From Felis catus (lineage: Eukaryota): 64,000 nucleotides of DNA. Each line of letters opens with the position of its first letter. Position 1 is the stretch's first letter. The notes beneath the pieces were generated by a model that ran no database searches, was not told where the DNA came from, and saw only the letters and a list, made by a program, of their open reading frames with translations. Where the stretch lies: positions 138,448,001-138,512,000 of the forward strand of contig NC_058368.1 in the NCBI RefSeq assembly GCF_018350175.1. The letters run 5' to 3'. Below, in pieces: positions 25,211-36,028 of this stretch. A program made the position numbers and the translations under genes.

Positions 25211-26803
25211 ATCTATAGCGTAAATGTAGAAAACAATTACAAACATAAGCAACCTTATTGACAAGAATGTGGTCATTGCAGGGGACTTTAATACCCCACT
25301 TACAACAATGGATAGATCATCTAGACACAGGATTAATAAAGAAACAAGGGCCCTGAATGATACATTAGATCAGATGGACCTGACAGATATATTTAGAACT
25401 CTGCATCCCAAAGCAACAGAATATACTTTCTTCTCGAGTGCACATGGGACATTCTCCAAGATAGATCACATACTGGGTCACAAAACAGCCCTTCATAAGT
25501 ATACAAGAATTGAGATCATACCATGCATACTTTCGGACCACAATGCTATGAAGCTTGAGATCAACCACAGGAAAAAGTCTGGAAAACTTCCAAAAGCATG
25601 GAGGTTAAAGAACACCCTACTAAAGAATGAATGGGTCAACCAGGCAATTAGAGAAGAAATTAAAAAATATATGGAAACAAACAAAAATGAAAATACAACA
25701 ATCCAAACGCTTTGGGACGCAGCGAAGGCAGCCCTGAGAGGAAAATACATTGCAATCCAGGCCTATCTCAAGAAACAAGAAACATCCCAAATACAAAATC
25801 TAACAGCACACCTAAAGGAAATAGAAGCAGAAAAGCAAGGACACCCCAAACCCAGCAGAAGAAGAGAAATAATAAAGATCAGAGCAGAAATAAACAATAT
25901 AGAATCTAAAAAAACTGTAGAGCAGATCAATGGAATCAAGAGTTGGTTTTTTGAAAAAAATAAACAAAATTGATAAACCTCTAGCCAGGCTTCTCAAAAA
26001 GAAAAGGGAGAGGACCCAAATAGATAAAATCATGAATGAGAATGGAATTATTACAACCAATCCCTCAGAGATACAAGCAATTATCAGGGAATACTATGAA
26101 AAATTATATGCCAACAAACTGGACAACCTGGAAGAAATAGACAAATTCCTAAACACCCACACGCTTCCAAAACTCTAACAGGAGGAAATAGAAAGCTTGA
26201 ACAGATCCATAACCAGCTAAGAAATTGAATCAGTCATCAAAAATCTCCCAACAAATAAGAGTCCAGGACCAGATGGCTTCCCAGGGGAGTTCTACCAGAT
26301 ATTTAAAGCAGAGATAATACCTATCCTTCTCAAGCTATTCCAAAAAATACAAAGGGAAGGAAAACTTCCAGACTCATTCTATGAAGCCAGCATTACTTTG
26401 ATTCCTAAACCAGAGACCCAGTAAAAAAAAGAGAACTACAGGCCAATATCCCTGATGAATATGGATGCAAAAATTCTCAATAAGATACTAGCAAATCGAA
26501 TTCAACAGCTTATAAAAAGAATTATTCACCATGATCAAGTGGGATTCATTCCTGGGATGCAGGGCTGGTTCAACATTCACAAATCAATCAACGTGATACA
26601 TCACATTAATAAAAGAAAAGATAAGAACCATACGATCCTGTCAATCGATGCAGAAAAAGCATTTTACAAAATTCAGCATCCTTTCTTAATAAAAACTCTC
26701 GAGAAAGTCGGGATAGAATGAACATACTTAAACATCATCAAAGCCATTTATGAAAAGCCCACAGGTAATATCATCCTCAATGAAAAACAACAACAACAAA
26801 AAA
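25211..26803 (+). mobile_element. Carnivore LINE-1 internal fragment (ORF2 endonuclease C-terminus to RT N-terminus), truncated at both ends, with A-rich tail and TSD
   Basis: L1 ORF2 sequence; tail aaaaacaacaacaacaaaaaa at 26783-26803; flanks caaagatagc(c/t)tatt at 25196-25210 and 26804-26818. Confidence 0.93.
25269..26782 (+). pseudogene. Disrupted L1 ORF2p (APE-like endonuclease and reverse transcriptase segment)
   Basis: Motifs [67 protein letters not shown]. Broken by frameshifts (~25960, ~26412) and stops (26176, 26218, 26719). Confidence 0.95.
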
Positions 26804-27811
26804 CAAAGATAGCTTATTGGGGAAACATTTAAGTTAACTTCTCTCCTTAGGGTGTCCTCGACCATGCAGGTGGTGCAAATTCAAAACCCACACCCACCGG
26901 ATGAGAAGCACAAGGCTGCCAATTTTCCAAAGAAATCTTTTTTTCACCACTCAAAACCCAAATCAAGTCGTGCATATTTCCTTGTCGTCTCCCTTTGCCA
27001 ATACCCCATTTCCCTCCCCACTCCCTTAATCTACACTTTGACTTTAGGAGTTCCAGATTTCAACAGAAGACTTGGTTCTACCTCCCTACCTGGCACAGAC
27101 CCTGTTCCGTGCATAGTTGCGAAAACCCAACGGCACCAAATTTGTACAAGACCCTCATCACAGCCCACCTCGACACGTACTTCCCGCTCTGGGTTATGGC
27201 CCCCTTGCTTCATTTTTGGCACCTCAGCGTTTCCTTGCCTTTCTTGTTTGTGATATTTTCTTAGTGTTTTTCTAGGTTTTGGGTGGTAGGAGGGGTTTTC
27301 AGAATTTGTAGTCTGCTACATTGGCAGTAACAGGACCCCCACCAATATTTTTACGTAAGCAACATCTGGTTAACAACTAACATGAGAAGAGGAAAAGAAA
27401 AAAGGGTCTGCTACCTGAATGGGTCAGTGGCCCTACTCTTCAAATCGGAAGTCAGGATGCATAACTATAAATTTCTTACGAGCTCAAAGGACAGAACATT
27501 AAGAACTGGTCCCAGAGATCCATGAACATAGAGCAGACAGGCATCCCTGCCAGCAGGGTTCATCTTGACCTGTGACGGAGGAGAATGTGTCTCCAGAGAC
27601 CAGCTCGAGAGTGAATTACCATTGCTTCCCAGGCTTGCCTGGTCACCCCCAGCCATCCAGTATCCACAGAGGGCGTAGGAAGGACAGACAAGAATCCCGA
27701 TCTCTTGTCCTGGGGAAGATCTCTGCCATGACCTCGAGTGCCTACAAGGACAGGTTCTACAAAACACATTATATGTTCAAATGTTAACTTTTTCTGCCAC
27801 TCTCTTTTCTT

Positions 27812-27847
27812 ACATTCGTTTTTTTTTTTTTTTTTTTAAGTTATTTA

Positions 27848-27894
<47 letters not shown>

Positions 27895-27966
27895 CGCAGG
27901 GTAGGGGCAGAGAGAGGGCGACATCAAGAGTCAGACGTTTAACCAACTGAGCCACCCAGGTGCCCC
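27812..27966 (-). mobile_element. Can-SINE with a large internal deletion and an expanded (GA)n
   Basis: Perfect 18 bp TSD ctgccactctcttttctt at 27794-27811 and 27967-27984; body jumps from gagggcgac to atcaagagtcagacg. Confidence 0.9.
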
Positions 27967-28108
27967 CTGCCACTCTCTTTTCTTCTGACAGACCAGGAGA
28001 GAACTCCAAGCAATTGGCTTAGCCATGGGACACAAAAATGGAACACCTTGAGTCAGACATCCGGCTTCTTTGGTCACACTGTTAAACATAAGGTGGCACT
28101 GAGTTCTT

Positions 28109-28332
28109 TTTTTTAAATTTTTTTTTCAACGTTTTTTATTTATTTTTGGGACAGAGAGAGACAGAGCATGAACGGGAGAGGGGCAGAGAGAGAGGGAGAC
28201 ACAGAATCGGAAACAGGCTCCAGTCTCCGAGCCATCAGCCCAGAGCCTGACGCGGGCCTCGAACTCACGGACCGTGAGATCGTGACCTGGCTGAAGTCGG
28301 ACGCTTAACCGACTGCGCCACCCAGGCGCCCC
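28109..28332 (-). mobile_element. Can-SINE, young subfamily
   Basis: Perfect 19 bp TSD aaggtggcactgagttctt at 28090-28108 and 28333-28351. Confidence 0.97.
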
Positions 28333-29849
28333 AAGGTGGCACTGAGTTCTTGATGGAACCTTTCCATTCAGTCATTCCCGGGTGGATTTCTAGACAAGCA
28401 GACGGACTAACTCGGGGAGGACTGGTGGTAGTAGTGGCGGTGGGAGGTGGGTGTTTGGGGGGGGTGGATGGTTAGGAAGGAGAGCTGGCCTTGCGCATTG
28501 TTTGCTGCTTTTGCACTGTGCTTACTTGATCTTGCAAACAGTCACGCGCGAAGCTCCCTTGTCTCCGTGAGCTCTTCCTGTTCCTTCCCGCCTTGGATTT
28601 TCACCTTGGTTATTAAATAAGGGTCACAGTTGGCATGCTGATTGTTTCAGAACCATCTCATGCAAATTCTTCAGCTGGCGGAGGAGAAATGCCTCCCGCA
28701 GAATTAATCAGCCCTAGGTGGTTGGCCCTGGGGGCACTTGCCACGTCAGACATCTGCAAATGAGAACAAATTCACGTTGATCCTGGAGGTGGGAACCTTT
28801 AGACCTCCAAAGGGCAGCGCTCGTGGAGTGTGCATTCTCCCCTCGTTCCTTTAGGGCTACCGGTTCTGTAGCCACTGAGAATCTACTTTGTATTTTAAAT
28901 TCACGGTCCTTTGGTTAATTTGAAGACTGGAAGTGTTTTCCTTTCCTCCCAGCTCTCAAACCAAGGTCCAGAAAGATCTGGGGATATGTCCAGGCTCATA
29001 CTGCTCACTTGAGGCAGAGTCTCAGATTCCTAGAGCAATTTCTCCTTATTCTCAGGGCTTCCCATAAGATGGCAACGGAGGAAGCAGACGAACATCTGGG
29101 AAGTATCCCCCGCCCTGCCCAAAGTAGTGGTAGGAATGGTTAGGGGACCCGTCTTGCCTTCTGGGGATTCAGTATAAATACTCGCTGAGTAGAGACCGCA
29201 CCCCTGGGCTCTGTCGTTAAGTGTCCGGGCTAACACATGCCGTGTCTGGTGAGGAGCTTAAAGAAACAAACACTTGCTTTTGATTTTCTTCATAGGATCA
29301 GGTCACCCAGGTTACTTGTAAAGAGCGGACCATCCTTTTATAGGCATGTAACTTCTCCAACTCTTGTTCCGTTCTGTGCTTCCAAAGGATGTCACAGCAA
29401 CAGAGCCTGTACCTGTAGCTACCAAAAGCTCTTCATGTTAACTTTTCTGGACGTAAGAACCTCAAAACCAATTCTTCTTTGAACCCGGATCAGAGAAGTC
29501 TAAACTGCCTAGAAAATACCAAATGTGAGCCATCTCTCCCAGTCTTTGGGTCCATTGTGATACTGGGGACCCCTCATTCTTGACCCATCTCTGGGAAGAG
29601 GAGATTCTCAATGTTAGAGAATGCTCTGTTGTATGTATCTGGAAATTTTATTGGTGGCATCTGAATCTTCCAAGAGGTATGTTGGAGGCAGGGCTTGCCT
29701 CTCCCCTCAAAGTGGAAGGAGTTCAGACAGTTCCTGTCTCGACCCCCTGGCGTGCGGGGTTGGATGCAACCGCCCTGGCCCTCGAATCTCTAGTGAGTGA
29801 CGTAGAGAAATAGGGGGTACTTAAAGGTGAGGTCTGGCAGCACCAGCAA

Positions 29850-30110
29850 CGTGAGACGTTGCTTAATGGTGGGGACTTCGTGGGCAGCCACCGTGACACC
29901 CAGACCTTTCTGTGGCATGACCTTGGCTGTGCTTCCGGTACCTGGCCTCCCTTGGTACCTGTATACTGTCCACATCTAAGCCTGGTTCTGCATTCAGCCT
30001 GCTCGTCGATCTTGTGAATTATCCAGTCTCCTTGCCCTAGATTGCTTTTGTGTTTAAGCTGGTGAGAAATACTTTCTGTTGCTCGCAACCACAGATCCCG
30101 ACTAACCCCA
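29850..30110 (+). mobile_element. Ancient MaLR LTR 3' part (MLT1-like)
   Basis: Typical end ttttgtgtttaagctggtgagaaatactttctgttgctcgcaaccacag...actaac. Confidence 0.55.
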
Positions 30111-31339
30111 TCTCCTTAAAGTCGTTGCAAGAAGGGGGGGGGGAGTACTCGGGGAGTGAGCTGTGCTCATGGCATCTTATTAAAACGGAGTGTGAACGTG
30201 AAAGCTTCATGACTGAAGTTTGCAGGACCTTTGCTTCTCCAGCTGCCGGCAGTGGGGACAGGAAAGCAGGTCATTTCTAGTCAGCAGGGGGTGTTGGTCT
30301 ATGTTAAATCACCCATGTGGCTCTTGCCACAGCTTCCACACCCGCATGTTAAAAACAGGTACGGACAGGCATCCTGTAGATTTATTTTTCCAGCTCGGCC
30401 CTCCCTCTCTCTCTCTCTGGCTCTCTTTTCCAGCCAGAGTCAGGCCCCACAGCTGGATGAAATAAGTGGTTATATTGGGAGGCCTTAAAATGAGCATAGC
30501 TCAGTATGTTTTAAAGTTGAGGCCGTTCCCCGAGTGGAGAAGGGGGGGGAGGCTTTTCTCACTTGCTCAGCCACAGCTGCCGGGATCAAGTCAGGAGCTG
30601 TCTGCTGCAAGGGTTCCCCTGAACCAGACCTAACACCCTCCTTGCCCACCCCCTCCAAATCCGGTCACTACTACACCCACCGTGTACCACGGGGAAAGAC
30701 AACCCCACTCCATCAATGGCACATTATCATCTGGCTTTCCATTTTTCTTAATCACCTTATTCCTTTGCTCTTCCAAAGTTGAGGATAAATTATTTAACAA
30801 GTCTCCTGGGGGTAACTTTATGAGAACTTAAAGCCCGTGCCCATCTGCTATAGGTTAGGATAAGCCAAATGCTGAAAGTTAATCCTTCTTGTTCCACTCT
30901 GGAAAACACCCAGCCATGCACGCACACGTGTGCACACGTGGGCAATCACAAACCCACACACCCTCCAATAGCACCTCCCACGCCACATGGCCCAAGCAGT
31001 AAAACATCAAGGCTTGAATCGCCCTTCTCTGGCCAATAAAAACTTAACTTTGCGCCCCATGTAGTGGAGCTTATGCTTGAAAAGTATCCCCCACGTGGCT
31101 GACTCTGTGACTGAAACCCTGTCGTGCCTTTCAAATAAGGGAATAGGTTGTGTTTAAACATGTAAACATGCACCTGAACCTACACCTTTCGGACCCACGC
31201 ATCAAAGTGTGTAATAGCAGAGATAAAAGGGAACATCTATGACAGCATGAACACACATTCGTATTGTATGCTTTTATAATGTATTCATTCCACCGCATTT
31301 TATTTAACTTGAGGGGCAGAGATCGGCCAATGGAATAGT

Positions 31340-31530
31340 TGTCGACCTTTTGGGTTTGAACTCGACTCTGACGTGTTCTTACTGGAAGACCTCTTTAAGC
31401 CAGGGCTCAGTTTCTTTATCTGTAGAACGAGGACTGAAAATAGTATCTACCTAATAATATTCTTGTGACATCTCAGCACAGAGTCTGACAGACAGAAAGC
31501 CAGGGAAATGGTAGCCATCATCATTGTGGC
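31340..31530 (+). mobile_element. MIR SINE
   Basis: tgggtttgaactc...ctcagtttctttatctgtagaa...aatagtatctaccta. Confidence 0.6.
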
Positions 31531-31630
31531 TATTGTTACTCATTCCAAATGGATTCTGTTCTGAAGGAGTTAGCCAGTGAAACTGTTGTTGATGAAGTAG
31601 GAGTGGATTAATTCATTATCCCTACTTTTT

Positions 31631-31849
31631 CTTTAAAAAAAATTTTTTTTAACATTTATTTTTGAGCCAGAGAGAGACAGAGCATGAACGGGGGGAGGGC
31701 CAGAGAGAGAGGGAGACACAGAATCGGAAGCAGGCTCCAGGCTCTGAGCCGTCAGCCCAGAGCCCGACGCGGGGCTCGAACTCACGGACCGTGAGATCGT
31801 GACCTGAGCGAAGTCGGACGCTCAACCGACTGAGCCACCCAGGCGCCCC
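31631..31849 (-). mobile_element. Can-SINE
   Basis: Full, CpG-rich body; TSD ccctacttttt. Confidence 0.95.
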
Positions 31850-32053
31850 GTCCCCTACTTTTTATTTTTCAGACATAGTAATATCATTCCGTTAGAACTT
31901 TCCATCTTCAATTGCCATAACTCTAATGCAAGGTAAAGACTTCTCTAATTCAGTTGAACCTAAGCAGCCTTATTGTCAATGGGGAATAAATATTAGAATT
32001 TTAAAAGTATTTTTTGTATAACTATGTTTATAGTACTGGTCTAATGCAATTTC

Positions 32054-32270
32054 TTTTTTTTCTTTTAATTTTTTTTAATCTTTATTTTTGAGAGAGAGAG
32101 TAAGAGCAGGGGAGGAGCAGAGAGAGAGAGGGAGACACAGAATCAGAAGCAGGCTCCAGGGCCCCGAGCTGTCAGCACAGAGCCCAACGTGGGGCTTGAA
32201 CTCCCAAACCGTGAGATCATGACCTGAGCCGAAGTCGGACGCTCCACTGACTGAACCACCCAGGCGTCCC
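32054..32270 (-). mobile_element. Can-SINE
   Basis: Full body. Confidence 0.93.
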
Positions 32271-34003
32271 CGTTTCTTTATTTTTCAAAAGAAGAAACTG
32301 ATGTCCAGAGGGACTTTGCCTTAGGCCACAAAGCAATATGAAGAACCCAGGTTTGCAACCATGAGGTCAACTTGACTTCATCCTGCGTCTAACCAAGAAA
32401 CTGTGGCTTGATTTCAAACTACGTGCTGCCGCATTTATAGATCCTCGATTGGGAACTTTGGTGGAAACCTGTTGGGTTGTGGGCACAGCAAGTGTCACCC
32501 CTCTTCCACCCCCAGCGCTTTTTGGGAACTGCTCCTCCTCCCCCAACTCCCCACGTATCCACCACCATGGCTCTTGGTAGCCATGTTTGGAGGATATGAA
32601 TCAACCCCTGGCCACAGGTCCAAGAGTGGGCACCAGGCCCAGCTTGGGCCAATAGGAATACTTCTGTTTAGAAATGAGGAACGAAGTGGAGAAGGTCTTG
32701 TACAGATAGACACCATGATTGGTTATGCTTTTAATGGTGCTGTCCACGGAAGTAGAGAAAGCCAGGGTATAAAAAAAGAGAGGAAAAAAAAGTGGATTCA
32801 CCATGACGAGGAGGTAGAAGGGTCAGATTCCTAATGGCTTTTGTACCTCAGAGTCTCCTTTATCGTGAGGTCTGCTGCATGCTTACCCTTGGGTTTTTGG
32901 AAACATTGTTGCATATGTTCTTTCCTGGTTTAAGCCGATTTGAGCCATCTCTCAGCTCCCCGCACACCCAGGAGAGGGGCGCACTGGGAAATCCACGCTA
33001 TTGTATAGCCCATTAGAACATCTTTCTTGTGGAGAGATTATTTTCTCATCATTAGTAATGGTTCTTCCATGCCTCCAATCTCTGGAAGGCTTGGCATATC
33101 TCTGGCCCTGGTCTCTGAAGTCACCAGTTCTACAACTGTCCACCAGACCTCCCCACTGCTATGATACTTCCCTTGCAAATGTCTGAGAATTGGTACCAGG
33201 CTCCAACAGCCTTCTGTTCTTTCTCTCCACTTCTTATCACCATTGCCTGGAGGGTGCCGTGGGCATCCATAAAACTTGAATTTTACCATCTGGTGGAATC
33301 TTCTCTCCTTCCTCCTGGCAGCCGTGGCTTCCCGCACTGGTGTGTCTTCTGTCAGCCATCTGGGATCAAAACCGTTCCCCCTGAGCACAAGATGAATGGC
33401 TGAAAGAGAGATCATAGCGGAGCACATGACATCCATTCCAGGACACCCTCAAGCCAGGAGCACGAGAGAGAGCACGCGTCACTGCTGAGAGCGTGTAGGA
33501 GTCTGTGCTGCGTGTTCTGCCTGGTGGCGGAGCTTACTCTGGTTCTCAGAGCTCAGGGAAAATGTATGTTAACAATCATTAAACTGGAATGATAAGGGTG
33601 ACTATGTCAACAGGTGCATGTGTATATACATGTTTTAAGGAAAATACTTGAGATGCAAATATCGTTTTAACACATCAGCCCTGGGCAGCGTGTGGGAGAA
33701 TACATGCATTTGCGGTCCACAACATGTTTGCTTTAACCGTTGCTAAGAAAGCTTGTTAAGAACTACGAGAAATACTTGGACTTGCTCACCTAGCCCACGT
33801 TTCCTGCTTGCCTACTATGTGCTATGTGGCAATGCACAAAATAAATCCAATTCCCTGCTATCTTGGAGCTACTGTCTGTAGGCAGGAAAGCCCTGATGGA
33901 ATGCAAACCGGTGATAAAAGGGTCTATTCGGTGTTATTACATTGGGTTAATGTGCCTCTTTTTTTTTTTTTTAACTTGTTTTATTTTTTAAAATTGACAT
34001 CCA

Positions 34004-34229
34004 GGGGCGCCTGGGTGGCTCAGTTGGTTAAGCGTCCGACTTCGGCTCAGGTCACGATCTCGCAGTCCGTGAGTTCAAGCCCCGCGTCGGGCTCTGTGCT
34101 GACAGCTCAGAGCCTGGAGCCTGTTTCAGATTCTGTGTCTCCCTCTCTCTCTCTGACCCTCCCCTGTTCATGCTCTGTCTCTCTCTGTCTCAAAAATAAA
34201 TAAACGTTAAAAAAAATTAAAAAATAAAT
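34004..34229 (+). mobile_element. Can-SINE nested in the L1 3' UTR
   Basis: TSD aaaatt(g/t)acatcca at 33990-34003 and 34230-34243. Confidence 0.96.
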
Positions 34230-34571
34230 AAAATTTACATCCAAATTAGCATATAATGCCACAATGATTTCAGGAGTAGATTCCTTAGTGCCCCTTACCC
34301 ACTTAGCCCATCCCCCCCCCACAACCTCTCCAGTAACCCTCAGTTCTCCATATTTGTGAGTCTCTTATGTTTTGTCCCCCTCCCTGTTTTTATATTATTT
34401 TTGTGTCCCTTGCCTATGTTCATCTGTTTTGTCTCTTAAAGTCCTCATGAGTGAAGTCATACGGTTTTTGTCTTTCTCTCACTGACTTATTTCATTTAGC
34501 ATAATACCCTCCAGTTCCATCCACGTAGTTGCAAATGGCAAGATTTCATTCTTTTTGATGGCCAAGTAATA

Positions 34572-34575
<4 letters not shown>

Positions 34576-34617
<42 letters not shown>
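34576..34617. repeat. (AC)n microsatellite inside L1
   Basis: Seen directly. Confidence 0.95.
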
Positions 34618-34618
<1 letters not shown>

Positions 34619-34879
34619 ACATCTTCTTTATCCATTCATCCATCGATGGACATTTGGGCTTTTTCCATACTTCGGCTATTGTTGATAGTGCTGCTATAAA
34701 AATGGGGGTGCATGTGTCCCTTCAAAACAGCACACCTGTATCCCTTGAATAGATGCTTAGTAGTGCTATTGCTGGGTCATAGGGTAGTTCTGTGTTTAGT
34801 TTTTTGAGGAACTTTTATACTGTTTTCCAGAGAGGCTGCACCAGCTTGCATTCCCATTAATGTGCTTTTTCTAGTTATT

Positions 34880-35155
34880 TCATACGTTCTACCAGATGAT
34901 GAGCTTCCTAAGTGGAAGGACTGTCTTTTCATTCATTATTCTATCTCTGTTCCCTGATCATAGGTGGTCTCAGTAAATATTTATTAAGTGGCTGAATTAT
35001 CCCCCGCCCCCCACAAATCCTATGAATTTGGTAATATTACGCCTATTGAAAAGATGCAAATTGAGGATCAGATAGGGAATGATTCACCGTATGTGATTCT
35101 GGCCAAATCACACAGCAAGAAGAGCTAGGATTCAAACCCAGGTTTTCTGACTGCA
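34880..35155. mobile_element. L2 3' end (+) and adjacent MIR (-) relics
   Basis: cataggtggtctcagtaaatatttattaagtggctgaat; gagctaggattcaaacccaggttttctgact. Confidence 0.55.
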
Positions 35156-35852
35156 CCGAAATATTGCATTTTGCACGCATCGGGTGAACTAAAATTTTCT
35201 TGGGGTTCAGGTCACTCTTCGCTCCGAGCTGGGCCTGTGGTGATGAACCATATGTAGCACCTCCAGTCCCTGGGATGCTATTCTGCACCGACCAGAGGCC
35301 ACGATCCCTGACGTTAACTTTGTGTTACTTCCACGTTCCAGGCTTCACCAACCCAGCCAGGGACGACCAGTAAGCCGAGGTCACCAATAACGACCTAAAG
35401 CCCCTATTTTTGCCCATCTGCAGCCTCGTCGGCAACTCTCCCTTTCCGTAAAGCCAGCCGCCACTCTTCATGCTCCCTGTGCACCATGCCCGCACAAAGA
35501 CATCTTGAATTTTTCAAAGATCAGCTTCCGTAGACCTCAAACCCATCTGTGAGTCGGTCCGTAGCCGCCATGGGTCACCCAGAGCTTTCATCAGCTCTGT
35601 GCTGTCAACCTCTACTGTGTGAGAAGTTTTTTTTTTGGGGGGGGGGGGACTCTCCCGCTGTCACTGATGTTAATGGTGCGTTTTAGGAAAATGAGGATGA
35701 CCGACTTCTCCCATAGCGTCCAGCCCCGAGGGCCCCAGGCGGAGCTGGTTTCTGCGAAGACATCAGGAGAAGGCCCCACGGGTCCTGCCATTACGTAGCC
35801 TGACTCTGAAGTAGGACTCACTGTCCTCAGTCTCCAAACATCTCTCTTTCAC

Positions 35853-36028
35853 GGGCACACGGGTGGCTCATTAGGTTCAGCGTCTGACTCTTGACTTCGG
35901 CCCAGGTCGTGATCTCACGGTCGTGGGATCGCGCCCCGCGTGAGTCTTCTGGCTCAGCGTGGGATTCTCTCTCTCTGTCCCTCCCCCCTCTTCTCAAAAA
36001 TAAATAATAAATAAACAGCAACCAAAGT
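35853..36028 (+). mobile_element. Can-SINE, older, internally shortened
   Basis: Head gggtggctca...gacttcggcccaggtcgtgatctc; TSD acatctctc(t/c)ttca. Confidence 0.88.

Larger units (their letters stand above)
33959..34856 (-). mobile_element. 5'-truncated carnivore LINE-1 (ORF2 C-terminus and 3' UTR) with a nested SINE and (CA)n
   Basis: Poly-T tail and L1 3' sequence; TSD ttaatgtgc at 33947-33955 and 34857-34865. Confidence 0.93.

Noticed and set aside
32670..32834. Charged ORF tail (…GIKKERKKKWIHHDEEVEGSDS)
   Set aside because: Results from purine-rich composition next to a probable LTR relic; no known homologue recognised.
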